A stretch of DNA of 64,000 nucleotides, from positions 6,758,001-6,822,000 of the forward strand of contig JBHGNT010000020.1 of the NCBI GenBank assembly GCA_043228905.1, written 5' to 3'. Below the pieces are notes generated by a model that did not search any database, was not told where the DNA came from, and saw only the letters and a program-made list of their open reading frames with translations. The position numbers were made by a program, and so were the translations under genes. Origin of the DNA: Azolla caroliniana. Lineage: Eukaryota > Plantae > Polypodiophyta. This document shows, piece by piece, positions 24,344 to 37,901 of the stretch (position 1 is the stretch's first letter; every line of letters begins with the position of its first letter).

Positions 24344-25225
24344 ATGGAGTCGGAAGACGACGACCTTGCGGAGATGGTGGCCGAAGTGGTGTTGGAGTCG
24401 GCACGAGTGGTGATGAGGCGAGAAGCAGCGCAACAAGCGGCTGAGCGAGTGGTCGAAAGAGTCGGCCGTTTCAACGGGGACAAAGTCCCATCTTACTTGG
24501 AAGCCTACAACGCGGAAATGGAGGAGCGTGGTGCAGACGAGGCGTTAAGGCTGGAGTTCTTCTGTCGGGTCGTGGCTGTCCGGATGCACGCGGAAATAAA
24601 GGAGCTCCGTGAGGCTCATAGTTCGTGGGAGGCCTTCGAAGAGGCGCTCCTGAAGGCATACGGAGGATGGCGGAAGAGCCGGGGACGACACGACTTCGAC
24701 CAGTGGGTAGCATCGGCAAAGACCCACCGGGGCGCTGCCAAGGCGTTTCGAGAGTTCGAGCGGCGGCTTGCTCGGCTCCCAGAGCGGGAACAAGGTTTGG
24801 TGGGGGCGGACAAGGTCCTATTGTTCGTCAGGTCGATCGACCGAACGGAACGGGAGGCCATCGGGATTGAGCTCGAAGACGATGATGGAGCGAATGGGCT
24901 TACGGAGGACTGGTCGAAGGTCGGATGGGTGTGCCAACGGCTAGACAACGAGCGAGCCAAGAAGGCTAAGAGGAAGGTACGCGACGGCGTGCCGTCACAG
25001 CGGGAAGAGGTCGAACGGCAAAGAGAGTCGGCAAGGGTCGGTGTTGGGGGCCAGGATTGCGGAGGCGTACGCAGCTCTCGAGGCGATGATCGAGGAAGAG
25101 GAAAGATGGAGGCCGCAAGCCGAGACCGAGGAGACGGACTTGCCCCACGCGACGGCGGAAGATCGGTACGACGGTACCACGGGAGAGGGTGCGGAACAAA
25201 ATGCCCTCTCGACTTGCAGAGATAG
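24344..25225 (+). CDS. Gag-like capsid protein of F
   Basis: ATG 16 nt after the PBS; GRFNGDKVPSYL..SWEAFEEALLKAY resembles retrotransposon gag. Confidence 0.65.
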   Translation: MESEDDDLAEMVAEVVLESARVVMRREAAQQAAERVVERVGRFNGDKVPSYLEAYNAEMEERGADEALRLEFFCRVVAVRMHAEIKELREAHSSWEAFEEALLKAYGGWRKSRGRHDFDQWVASAKTHRGAAKAFREFERRLARLPEREQGLVGADKVLLFVRSIDRTEREAIGIELEDDDGANGLTEDWSKVGWVCQRLDNERAKKAKRKVRDGVPSQREEVERQRESARVGVGGQDCGGVRSSRGDDRGRGKMEAASRDRGDGLAPRDGGRSVRRYHGRGCGTKCPLDLQR

Positions 25226-28200
25226 AACGACCAAGGACGAGGCCGAGATACAGATCGCGGAACCAGATAGTTGGGACCAGCGGTTTCGGGCGTGTCAGCC
25301 CGAAACCCCGGTCATTGGAGAAGCGAGCCAAGACGGGCTTTGCGCGATCGGTAAGAAGAAGACCGCCGACCACGAAGAGTCGGTGGCTACGGACAAGGGC
25401 GTAAAACGGACGGGCGATTCTTTGTGTCTTCCCACACTTGCTCCCGAGACGGTGGCAGTCGGGCCCGAGTGCCCACGTGAGTCCCAAGCGGAGGAAGGCG
25501 GCGGCGAAAGGCCAAGAATCACCGGCGAGACGATACGGGGAAGGAGCGGACGAAAGCCCACGAACCCGATTCCGGAGAACTCGGCATTCAGGCCCGTATG
25601 CCCATGGAAGACCGAGGAGATGGATGGTGGTACCGAGGAGTCCTGGCACGATGCCAGCGAAGACGGATGGGAAACGGCCTGTGAGGAGGCCGAGGACGGA
25701 AGAGGCACGAGAAGATCGGCATTCCGATTCGGATGGAACAGAATCCGGTCGCGGATCGTTCAATCGAGGCCGGATTTGGCATAAAGGTGCCGATACGGGA
25801 GAGGGTGCGGGACGAGCCGCCCTCTTTTACATGGGGAGAAAGATCGACCAGGCGAAGGTCGAGATTTGGAAGGAGAATGAAAGCCGGTCCTATAGGAGTT
25901 CCTTACCCCGATCCGGCTGCCGGCCCGAGAGCCGGTGTGAGTCCTATAATAGAGAGATTGGTGGCGACAGGAGAACGGGACTCGGCAATCTGGAGAATGA
26001 CGAACGGACCCGAGCGAGAACCGGGCGGAGCGGACTCCCGGATAACCATTCCGGGAGGGAGGAAGAGAGCTGGCCTACGAAGAGGCCGAGGACACGGTAC
26101 GTCGGGACCACGGGAGAGGGTGCGGAACAAAATGCCCTCTCGGCATGCGGAAAAGGACGACCTGGGACAGGGTCGGGAAGACAAATCAGAGGCCCACGGA
26201 GGATCCTTCACACCGGTTCTAGAGACTTCGGCGGTCGGCAACGCGGTCGACGTAAGACCAAGATACTGACGGTGGCGGCGAGGTGACGAAGGCAAAGGGG
26301 CTACGGATGGGCGGTCGGCGGAGGATCCTTCACACCGGTTCTAGAGACTTCGGCAGTCGGCAATGCGGTCGACGTAAGACCAAGATACTGACAGTGGCGA
26401 CGAGGTGACAAAGGCAAGGACGGAAGGAAGTTCGGTCCTACGGGATCCCCACACTTAACCAGAGACTCCGGAAGTTCGGCCAACGTGGCAACATGAGACC
26501 GAGAGAGAAGGTTGGTGGCGGCGGGAAACGGGACCCGACTACGCGGATGACACGAGGAGAGTCCGGGAGGGACTCAAACAAAAGACACCCGAATTACGGC
26601 AAGCATAGAAACGGAGTCCGGTCCTATGGGGCCCTCACACCGATCCGGAGACCTCGGCTGATCAGCCAATGCGGCAACGTAAGACCGATGGAGAAGGACG
26701 GTGGCGGCAGGGAACGAGACCCAACGACACGAGGTTTCGGAAGGAACGGTAGGGGCAAACGCGGGGAGGTGTGTCAGGCTGGAAAGGCACACCTGGGATA
26801 GAACAAGGGTCTCGCAAGTGGCCATCGCGGGCCGGATCGAAGCGTGACTACGGGACGGTGTTCGGCGCGGGCGGGGCCGAACGAAGGAAGCGGAAGACGA
26901 CACAAGAGAGGTGCCGGGAACGAGGTGACAAGTGCCTAGTGGACTGCACATGGTCGGAGTTAGGGGATTGCAAGAGAGGCCGGAGGAGGATCCTCCACAC
27001 TCGCTTCGTAGATCTCGGGAGATCTGTCGAAGTAGCGAAGACTGACATGGCAAGCCCGGGGTGACAAGCTGGTGGGGGCGAGGGGACGACGGCAAGCGGA
27101 AGACTCAGGACCTACTGCAGCAGCACGAAGACGGGAAGGGCGAAGCGGGCTACTACGGGGTGTTCCTCGAATGCAAAGGACACCGGTATGCGGGTGAGCG
27201 GCGATGCACGATCTGGCCGAAAAGGGGGCCGACAAGGTGTGCAATGAACCGGAGTGCGACACAGGCAGTGCCAAACAACGGACGAGGGTATGTGGCACAC
27301 GGAGGTGCCAGAGCGGAAAGGCGAGCGCGGAGATAGGTTGCGTGGTTCGGAGGTAGCGCGGAGAAGGCCGGAAAGGGATCCTCCACACTATTCCGGAGAC
27401 CATGGCGGTTCGAGCCGACGCGGCGATGTAAGACCATGGAGAAGGAAGGTGGCGGCGAAAGGACGAAGACAACGCGAAACAACATGGGACGACCATCAGG
27501 ACATCACGGTTGGACAACGGAGGCCAAGGGGGCCACTACGGGCATGCTTGAAGCGGAGGACATCGGGCATACGGCGGGAAGCGGGGCGTTCATACGGCCG
27601 AACGAGGGCCAACGAAAGTACGCGTACTACGGAGATCGCGGCAGAGGACCCATCGACGGGTCGAACGAGCCTACGGGGAGGTAAGCGCGAAGGAAGAATC
27701 GAAGCCGACGGATCAAACCGGCAGCGTGCCGGGATATCGATCACGGAAGACCGGTTTCTCACCGGCCGAAATCTCTCACCCTTCAACCAGATTTGGCACG
27801 TACCGGTGGACGTGTAGTTAGGTGGGGGCGGATGTCGTGAAGAATTTCGGCTAGAGGCGGAAACCGGGAAACATTGGCTACATCGACGGGGTGCAGCGTG
27901 TGTATGCACCCATGTACATTTAGTGTGAATAACGAGGGCGCCTTTATGGCGCCGAAGAGTAGTCAAGTCGGGACAGTCGATCCCATGTAAGTCGGGATTT
28001 ATCCCACATTGTAACGCATCCCTCTCCTTGTTCTATAAAAGGAAGGGAACGCCCTTTGTGAAAGGGTTGCCCATTTTGCATTAGAGGGTATACCGTTAGG
28101 TTTAGAGTTAGTTTCTTCTTCTTCTTCTTCTTCTTCTCCCCCTTCGTGTTTGTTTAGGGTTTGCTTCAGCTCATCTCCTGCGCAAGACGCCACTCGGCGT

Positions 28201-29189
28201 GACGAGCCCGTGAGCTCCCCGACCGGCGGCTTGGCAGCTGACGACTACTGTAACCTACCTTGGTCCGGCTCGACGCCGGGAATGTATTCTTCCTTTTATA
28301 TATATATATATATACGTTGCATCTGTCTGTGTATATTCGCGTCTCTGTTGGTGTCGGGTGCTTCCCCTTTCCTGCGTTTCCTGTACATAAGGGCGTTAGT
28401 CGGGTTGGCATGTGCGTGTGTGTGCGTGAGTCGGTGTTAAGCGCGTGCTCCCTCTCTTTCTCTCTCTCCCTTCGGTCGCTTCCGGTGTTCTTCTGGGATC
28501 CCCCGGAAACGGTGAAGCACGACTTCCTACGCTCCGTCACTCCCTAGTCCAAGACCCCCGTGGTCACGCCTTTCTCCACGCACGCGCGTAACAACGCGAC
28601 ACCGTTTACCGAGCCACACGGCACAAACAAGTCTCGGGAGACCACCACGGAGGACGCCACGTGTCCCCCTGAATAAGGACTCACCCACCTTCTTGAAATT
28701 AATAAAAGTAGTAGTAGGTAGGATTAACCATAGTTTAGCCATTGATTATCTACACCTACACCACCCACCTAGGCACCCACAATTTTAGGGGCACCCCTCG
28801 CCACCACTCAGTTAGTACCTATTTAAGCACATGCAAAGCACTAGAAGCGCCCCACTCACCTTCAGGACACGTGGTGCTAGTCACTTATTATGGCACCCAC
28901 GACTCAGAATTTTCAGGATTCGCTTCAGGCACAAAACCCTAGGAGTAAGTTACTAAAACCGTTTCCAAAATGCAGCATAGACCATTATCGCTCCCCATCT
29001 CCATCGCTCTCAAGCTCAAAAACCCCGTCTCGCCCTCATCACGCTAAACGCTCTTGCTCTCAAGCCCTCTTTCGCTCTCATAACCCCTCTGCTGGACTTC
29101 CCCTTCCTGTTGTTCCTCCTGTGTCTCGCCCTCGCCTCATCACTCTTCTTCACGCTTCCACACAGTGGAACCCCGTCTCCATCTCCACC

Positions 29190-32087
29190 ATGCCTCTTAC
29201 CGCCTCAATAGAAACCCGCGCCTGGCTCCAGGAACGAGGAATGGGCGGTTACCTGAAGATCATCGATGCCCCCGTGCACCCAGATGCCCAAGGTGTGGCT
29301 AAACGTATAACTCCCGAAGCCATCACCAACAACGTGCTTCGGGCTGTTTTGGACTTGCAACGGGGAGGGGACCATGAGGTCGACATACCCCCGGCATCAA
29401 AGATGAAGGCGTACTTCGGTGAGTACTTAGCCTCAGGGAAGGCATATCGCACGTATGGCGGTCCCAACAAAGCTTTCGGGGAGATTGCTCGTATATTAAT
29501 GGAGTATGCGTTCGTGCATACGAACCCAACAAGCATGCCACAGAAGAAGGCAACCATCATCATCAACACGTATGAAGGAAACAGAATCGATTGGGGAATC
29601 ATCACAGGCGAGGGACTCCGTGCCGCCTTAGCTTCATTTCAGTCCGGTAAGAAGATGTTGTCTGTTCTTACCCACTTTTTGATGGTTCTATACCCACCCT
29701 CTTCTCTTCCTTCCCCTCGCACATTCACGTCCCCACCACCACCACGAAGGCAGAGAGAGAAATTCGTTGCCATCAGCCATGAAGCATGGGAGGAGCCCAC
29801 ATCGCCTTCACCTCCTGTGGCTGACCAAAACCCCGCACCTGCACCACCACCCACCCAACCCCAACAAAAAAGGGCAGTTTCCGAGACCTGCCAAGAATGG
29901 GAGGAGGAGGTAGCCGCGGAAGACAACACGGCCGATGACGTCACCATTCGACAGCCAACGTCGCGCCCCTCGGTAACGTCCCCAGGGCCTAGCCCACGCC
30001 CCAACACACAACAGGCTGCACCACCACAACCCCAAAAAAGGAAGCAGGCGGAGGAAACAACACTACCGCCCCCAGAACCCCAAACACATCCAAGGAAGAG
30101 AAGATGACTCAACCGCGAGTCCTCGGAAGAACAGAAAGAGCCACAACAGGAGCAAGCCTTAGTTGTCCGACAGAGCAACCTGGCCATCACCCCTGAGGAG
30201 GCATCGCTGAACCAGGGAAAGATCGAGCATGGGTAGACAACACAGATCTCGGAGGATGAAGTCCTCGGGTATAAGGACCTCCCCGCGGAGGCTTACGAAT
30301 TTAGTGTGCTCCTACGCCTCGGTACGACATTCGAGCTGGTCGACTTCCTCACCAGAGCCCAAGTCGCGGCAGTCGCTCGAATGGCGGAGGAGCATGCTGA
30401 AACAAAAATGATTCAACGCACGCTAATAGGTGAAATTGAGCCCCAGGAGGACAGGGCTTTACAAAAAATCGGGAGGAAGAAGCAGGCAAAATAGGCCGCT
30501 CTTCTCATGGAAGTCCCCGAGTTGAACACGGCCCTTATCGAGGCATATCGGGACCTGGATCGCACTACGCGGGCAGCCAAAGACATGGCCCGAAAGATAA
30601 AAATAGCCCAAAAACAGGCTAAGATGGCTACAGAATTATGGCAAGCTGCGAACTAGAAGCTGGCAGCCTGGGAGCAAAACCGGCCGGAACAACAACTCTT
30701 GAGCCTTCCGGTCACGACTACCGAGGCCCTCCCAGCGCCTCCACGCATAACAATGATGGATGAAAGCACCATCACTGACTCAATCCTGACGGTGCAGGCC
30801 AGTACACAAACGGACTCGTTACAGATGGTCGATGCCTGCACAAGAACCGAGGCGCCCATGCCCATGGAGAAGACCGAGATACCACCACCACGTGCACCCA
30901 AGGAGGTGGCAACCCAGATAGAACCCCCGCTCCGGGATTACCGCGCGGAGCTTAAAGAAGAACAACGACGAACAGAGAGACACGAACAATGACATCAAGA
31001 GGCGATGGCTCGCCTAAAAGAAGAAGCTTCCAAGCAGATGGCCGAGATTAGAGCCCAGGCCGACCAAAGGATACACGAGCAGAACGAAGCACTGGGCCAA
31101 AGAAGCCGAACTCAAAAGCAAGCTGGAGGAATACGCAGCCACAGTGGTGAAGAAAGAGAAGGAGGTTCTAGACCTACAGGCCGCGCTCGACAATGCGAAA
31201 GACTGGAACCATCGGCAGGAGGAAAGAAATCTCCAACGGGAGGAGAGGATGATCGCGGAGAATGCCGAGCTGCAGAGTCAACGTACGACCCTTAAAGAAA
31301 TGGCTGACAAGTTTTTCATCAAAAGCAAGCTACTTTCGGAGCAAAAAGACACATTATCGGATTCCTACTTCGCCCTACAAGAAGAGAGAATCGTCGAACG
31401 GGAACAAATCCGGGCCACGTGTCAAAAAGAATGGGAGCAAGCTACCGAAGAACTCACCAAGCGTTACGAGCAGGCTCTTCAGCTCGTAACCGCGGATGCA
31501 AAGAACACTCAGGCCATCTATGAGCTAAGAACATAGAAGATTCAGGCCAAGGTCGACGGCTTAAAATAGGCATTAGCAGCCATCCGAGCACAGCCCGGCA
31601 TGGATGAGACACGCATCAGAATATTGATCGAGAAACAGCGCCAACACCTTACCAAAAAGGTCGAGGAAACATTAAGTCACGCAGGAGAAGAATGGGCAGC
31701 CCAAGCTGCCGAATTGCATATTTTACGCGCCGACGCTGAGAACCGACGGAAGGAGGGCCGCGGCTTCTACAAAATGGACGAAGCTAGCATACAAAACCTA
31801 CGTGCAGATTTAACCGAGGATTACCAGTCCTTGGCAAAATCTCACACCGCGGCAATCGAGCAAATAATGAAGGACTTCAATGACGGTCAGATGCTGTTTC
31901 GCCTGGAAGCAGAAGCCTTTGAACGAGAACGACTCGTAGCCATCCCCACTAGCCCTTCAACGGCCACAAAGTAGAAGGAAGAACCTTCCAGCAAGGAGAT
32001 CACGGACACGGCATAGGAGGAACTTGCCCTGGCCAACAGACATCCCATGGACGCCCACACGGTACCAGATCCTGTCGAAGTAGAGGT
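29190..32087 (+). pseudogene. Extra ORF (aORF) of Gypsy D, interrupted near its end by K2
   Basis: MPLTASIETRAWLQERGMGGYL; YFGEYLASGKAYRT; TYEGNRIDWGII; Pro-rich linker; coiled coil; WAAQAAELHILRADAENRRKEG. Confidence 0.87.
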
Positions 32088-32567
32088 TGATGGGAACCCA
32101 ACGATCCTTATGCGCGATGCTCGGCCACAACCGAGCGTAGAATGATACACAGAAAACGGGAAATAAAATAGGACACAAAGGAGAGGAAGATACACACAGA
32201 CTACACAGGAGGTTTACGTGGAAAACCCCAAACTAGGGGAAAAACCACGGCAGTCCACATGCTGCAAACTGTCACTATGTAAGAATGTACAAAAAATAGT
32301 GAGTCCACGGAGGCAACAACCTCGTGCTCACGATCTTCGCCATAGGCGGCGGTTACAACAGAGGCAACGACCTCGATCTCTCTCTCTCTCTCTCTCTCTC
32401 TCTGTACAGTTACGCACTCTAATTTCGTGCAAAACAGAAAATGACAACCACAACTAAAAGTTTGCCCTAAGTCATATTTATACTAATATGACTTTTCGGC
32501 TATTTACAAATATAGCCTCGATGGGCTCTCAGAAACATATTTACGAATATGTCTCTTCCTCCGGTTC

Positions 32568-32902
32568 TGCACCATCCGGCTCTCCGTAGCCGGGTACTCC
32601 TCATCCGGTTCACACCGGGCCTGCACCATCCGGCTCTCCGTAGCCGGGTACTACTCATCCGGTTCACACCGGGCCTGTATCATCCGGCTCTCCGTAGCCG
32701 GGTACTCCTCATCCGGTTCACACCGGGCCTGTATCATCCGGCTCTCCGTAGCCGGGTACTACTCATCCGGTTCACACCGGGCCTGTATCATCCGGCTCTC
32801 CGTAGTCGGGTACTACTCATCCGGTTCACACCGGGCCTGTATCATCCGGCTCTCCGTAGCCGTGTACTCCTCATACCGTTTAGGGTTTAGGGTTTAGGGT
32901 TT
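32568..32902. repeat. 54-bp tandem array (~6 units) plus (TTTAGGG)3 in the K2 3' LTR
   Basis: 18-aa periodicity in ORF 32549..32890; TTTAGGG x3 at 32879-32902. Confidence 0.95.
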
Positions 32903-32966
32903 GTTCGTCGGCACTGTTCTTCTCCCTTCCCATCCGGAGGGACCTGTCTCCCAACAAACTCCCCCT

Positions 32967-35900
32967 TCACTCCGGCATGGGGTGTCTTACCAGTCCGATT
33001 CTCTTCCGGCATGCATCCAGCTTGTCGGGTGTCAGCACTTTGGTCAGCATATCTGACCCGTTCTCGGCCGTGTGGATCTTCGTCAGTGTGAACTCCTGGT
33101 CATCTACTCTTTCCCGGATCCAGTGATACCTCCGCTGGATATGCTTCGTCCGGGAATGGTAGGCCGCATTTTTTGCAAGGTGGATGGCACTTTGACTGTT
33201 GCAATAGAGTCGGTATTCCTCTTGCCGTATACCGAGCTCTCCGATGAAGTCCTTCATCGATAAAATTTCCTTGCCGGCTTCCACTGCCGCCATGTACTCC
33301 GCCTCCGTGGTTGACAATGCCACCGTCTTCTGCAGCCTCGACTGCCACGAAACAGCCCCCCCTGCATATGTCATTACATACCCGGATGTAGACCGGCTGG
33401 TATCCACATCAGCCGACATGTCCGAATCGGTGAAACCGTCTAGTTGAGGTTTTCCGGAGCCGAATCGGAAACACATATTTGAAGTGCCCTTCAAATACCG
33501 GAGTATCCATTTGACTACGTTCCAGTGCTCCTTGCCGGGATTACTCATGAACCGGCTCACCACCCCGACTGCGTGTCCAATATCTGATCGGGTACAAACC
33601 ATTGCGTACATCAAGCTCCCGACGGCAGAGGCATATGGAATCTTCATCATATCTGCCTTCTCTCCTTTCGTCTTCGGGCTTTGCTTGCCGGATAGCTTGC
33701 AGTTTGACGGAAGTGTCGATCCGACCGGTTTCGCATTTGACATGTTGAACCGGTGAAGCACCTTTGTCATGTACTTCTCCTGTGACAACCATAATTGCTT
33801 CACTGACCGGTCCCGAATGATGTGCATCCCCAACATCTGTCTTGCCGGACCCAAGTCTTTCATTGAGAAGGTCCGGTTGAGAGCCTTCTTCAGCATCCGT
33901 ATTTTGACTTGGTCTCGTCCGACGATCAACATGTCATCCACGTACAGGAGGAGTATCAGGAAGTCCCCTCCTTCGAACTTCTTCACAAACACGCAGTGAT
34001 CGGCCTGCGTCTTGTGGTACCCTTGATCGGTCATGAAGGAGTCGAACTTCCGATACCATTGCCAGGGAGCCTGCTTTAGTCCGTATAGGCTCTTCTTCAA
34101 CCGGCATACTAGGTGCTCCTTCCCTTTCTCCACAAATCCTTCCGGTTGCTGCATGTAGATCTCCTCTTCGAGGTCGCCGTGAAGGAATGCCGTCTTCACG
34201 TCCAGCTGCTCTACCTCGAGGTCCATGCTTGCTGCTATACTCAGCACCGGCCAGATGGAGGTCATCTTTACTACCGGGGCAAATATCTCGTCGAAGTCCA
34301 CACCCTTCTTCTGCTGGAACCCCTTCACCACGATCCTGGCTTTGTATCTCGGGGGGTTGCCAGCATCTCCCGGTTTCAACTTGTACACCCACTTGTTTCG
34401 GAGTGCCCGCTTTCCTTTCGGCAGCTCCACCAATTCGTACGTATGGTTCTCATGCAGGGAATCCATCTCATCCTGCATGGCACTTAACCATTTTCGGCTG
34501 TGGGTGTCTTCCTTCGCTTCTTCGAAGCTTTCCGGCTCCCCCTCATCGGTCAGCAGAACATGCTCTGCATCCGGAAATCTCCGGGGCGCCCTTCTCTCTC
34601 TGAGAGGATATCTACGTCTTCGGGCTTCGGTAACCGGCTCCTCCATTTGTTCTTCATCCGAATCCGATTCGAGGTCTTGACCGGTTCCGGTCTCAGCTTC
34701 CTCTACTTCTTCTTCTGCCGGTTCGGTATCCTCACCGTAACCGGCTGGTTCCTCGAGTGCTAACCGGTCTCTTGCCGGTTGGGTCTGCTCATCGTAGAGT
34801 CTATCCTTACCGGTCGACTCGGAGTTCATTATCTTCTTCTCCGACTCCCAGTCGGCAAGCGTCTTGTCCTCCATGAAGATAATATCTCGACTCCGGAATA
34901 CCTTCTTGTCGACCGGGTCCCACACTCGGTAGCCGAACTCATCGTCACCGTAATCGAGGAATATGCATGGCCGGGTCTTTGGATCTAACTTTCCTCTCCG
35001 GTCCTTTGCTACATGCACGTACGCGAGACACCCGAACACCCTCCGATGCCGGTAGGACACTTCCTTACCGGTCCATACTGTCTATGGCGTGTCTCCGTCC
35101 AAGGGTACTGAGGGTGATCTGTTTATCACATATGTCGCCGTCGACAGTGCCTCAGCCCAAAACTTCTTGGGTAGTTTTGCATGCGCTAGCATACTCCAGA
35201 CCCTCTCCATTATGGTTCGGTTCATCCTCTCGGCTAGTTCGTTTAGTTCCGGCGTCTTCGGCACGGTAAATTCGAGCCGGATTCCCTTCGAGCGGCAGTA
35301 CTCCTCGAACTGCCCCCGGTACTCACCTCCGTTATCTGCTCGAACCGCCTTCAGCTTCCGGCCGGTTTCTCTTTCCACTCTCGCGTGGAGCTCTTTGAAG
35401 ACGGATAACACCTGATCCTTTGTCTTCAACGGTGTGGCCCACAGCTTCCGGCTGTGGTCATCTATGAACGTCACGAAGTACTGCGCTCCGGCATGTGACT
35501 TCGTGTCTACTTGACACACATCCGTATGCACTAACTCCAGTGGTGCATTACGTCTCATCGGTGGCCTTGGTCGGAAGGAGATCCGGTTCTGCTTACTGGC
35601 CAGACAATCAGTGCACTTCTCTAAGTGCACGTTCTTCACTGGAATGAGGTTGTCGTCTGCAAGCCTCTTCATCCCCTTCTCACTCATGTGACACAGCCTC
35701 TTGTGCCACAGCTCACCGGCAGTGTCGGATGCCACGTTCACTTCTTCCGGGCATAACCGGGCATTCATCAGGTACAACGTGTTTACCTTCCGGGCCCGAG
35801 CCACAATCAGGCTCCCTTTGCTGAACTTCATGACACCGTTCCGGATGCTACCCGTGTAGCCTTCATCATCTAGCCGACCGACTGATATCAGGTTTAGACG

Positions 35901-36998
35901 AACCTCCGGAACGTGTTGGACATACTTCAGCAGCAACTTGCATCTGGTTGGTGTTGACAGCCACACGTCTCCTATGCCGATAATTCGGCATGTACCTTCA
36001 TGCCCCATCCAAAAACAGCCGTGGTCACCGGCTGAGTAGGATGAGAAGCATTTCCGGTTCGGGGTAAGGTGGAACGACGCTCTAGAGTCTACCACCCAGG
36101 TCATCTCGTCGCCGGCAAGGTTTATCTCACTCTCCTCGGTGATGAGCATCAACTCTTCTTCACTTGCCGCGATTGCTGTCGTTCCCTTCCGGTCTTTACC
36201 GTTCCGGTCCGGGGTTTGCTTCGAATCGGTACCGTCGGTTTCTTTGTCTTTACGGAAATGCCGACAGTTCTTTTGGAAGCGTCCCGGCTTGCCGCAATAG
36301 AAGCAAGTAGGCCTCCCCCTTGACTTTGACCGTGTCCCCGACTTCTCCCGGTTCTGGGGACTACGGTTTCTATGTCTTCCGCGTTCCGATTCGGTAAGAA
36401 GCGCTTTGGAGTCGGAGCTCGTATCTTTGTCTTTCCGACGCGCCTCCTCATCTAGCAAGCTCGACTTTACTCTAGCTAGGGATAACCGTTTTCCTTCCGG
36501 CCCGGCGTTGCCCAAAGTGACAACCAACGTCTCCCAGCTATCCGGGAGGGAACCAAGCAGGAGTAGCGCTAATACCTCATCGGCAAGAGGTACTTCCAAT
36601 GACGTTGCCTGGTGTATCAACCCCTGGAAGGCATTCATATGTTCCGCCATGCTGGAGCCATCTTGGTACCGGAGTCTTACTAGCTTTCGGAATACCGAAA
36701 CCTGATTAACAACATTTTTGTTTTGGAACATTATGCCGATCTTCTCCCAGAGCTCATGAGCCTTGCTCTCTTCATTGAAGTTGTTGTACAGGCTCATGTC
36801 GATGAAGCACCGTATGTACGCCGTTGTCTTCATGTGCATCACCTCCCATATCGCGGCGTCGATTTTGTCCGGTCTCTTGTCCCCGAACTGAACCGGCAGC
36901 CAGAGGTCTTTAATAACGAGCATGTCCCTCATCTTCGACTTCCATACTGAATAGTTGGAGCCGGTGAGCTTGAACATGCCGCCAAATGATTCGTCCAT
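32967..36998 (-). pseudogene. K2 gag-pol, one in-frame TAG at 35082-35084
   Basis: The 638-aa and 697-aa ORFs are in frame; CCHC, protease, VHTDV/DNGGEY integrase, YVDD RT, RNase H. Confidence 0.95.
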
Positions 36999-37315
36999 TT
37001 TCTATGTCGATTTCGCTCTGATACCACTTGACGGGAACCCAACAATCCTTATGTGCAACGCTCGGCTACAACCGAGCGTAGTATGATACACAGAAAATGG
37101 GAAATAAAACAGGACACAAAGGAGAGGAAGATACACACAGACTACACAGGAGGTTTATGTGGAAAACCCCAAACTAGGGGAAAAACCACGGCAGTCCACA
37201 TGCTGCAAACTGTCACTATGTAAGAATGTACAAAAAATAGTGAGTCCACGGAGGCAACAACCTCGTGCTCACGATCTTCGCCACAGGCGGCGGTTACAAC
37301 AGAGGCAACGACCTC

Positions 37316-37351
<36 letters not shown>

Positions 37352-37511
37352 CAGTTACGCACTCTAATTTCGTGCAAAACAGAAAATGACAACCACAACT
37401 AAAAGTTTGCCCTAAGTCATATTTATACTAATATGACTTTTCGGCTATTTACAAATATAGCCTCGATGGGCTCTCAGAAACATATTTACGAATATGTCTC
37501 TTCCTCCGGTT

Positions 37512-37901
37512 CTGCACCATCCGGCTCTCCGTAGCCGGGTACTCCTCATCCGGTTCACACCAGGCCTGCACCATCCGGCTCTCCGTAGCCGGGTACTCCT
37601 CAACCGGTTCACACCGGGCCTGCACCATCTGGCTCTCCGTAGCCGGGTACTACTCATCCGGTTCACACCGGGCCTGTATCATCCAGCTCTCCGTAGCCGG
37701 GTACTCCTCATCCGGTTCACACCGGGCCTGTATCATCCGGCTCTCCGTAGCCGGGTACTACTCATCCGGTTCACACCGGGCCTGTATCATCCGGCTCTCC
37801 GTAGTCGGGTACTACTCATCCGGTTCACACCAGGCCTGTATCATCCGGCTCTCCGTAGCCGTGTACTCCTCATACCGTTTAGGGTTTAGGGTTTAGGGTT
37901 T
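37512..37901. repeat. 54-bp tandem array (~7 units) plus (TTTAGGG)3 in the K2 5' LTR
   Basis: Periodicity in ORF 37494..37889; TTTAGGG x3 at 37878-37901. Confidence 0.95.

Larger units (their letters stand above)
23528..28601 (+). mobile_element. Non-autonomous gag-only LTR element F
   Basis: LTRs 23528-24306 and 27833-28601, near-identical with (CTT)n, (TA)n and (GT)n; 4-bp TSD CCGT whose removal restores host codons NPFT; PPT GGTGGGGGCGGA 27821-27832; no pol motifs. Confidence 0.93.

Noticed and set aside
32549-32890. 54-bp array as a CRISPR array or repeat protein (LYHPALRSRVLLIRFTPG)n
   Set aside because: No unique spacers and no cas genes; it lies inside LTRs, antisense to the element, so the ORF is a by-product of the 54-nt period.
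32879-32902. Interstitial telomere or chromosome fusion scar
   Set aside because: Only three units, present identically in both LTRs, so they belong to the element.
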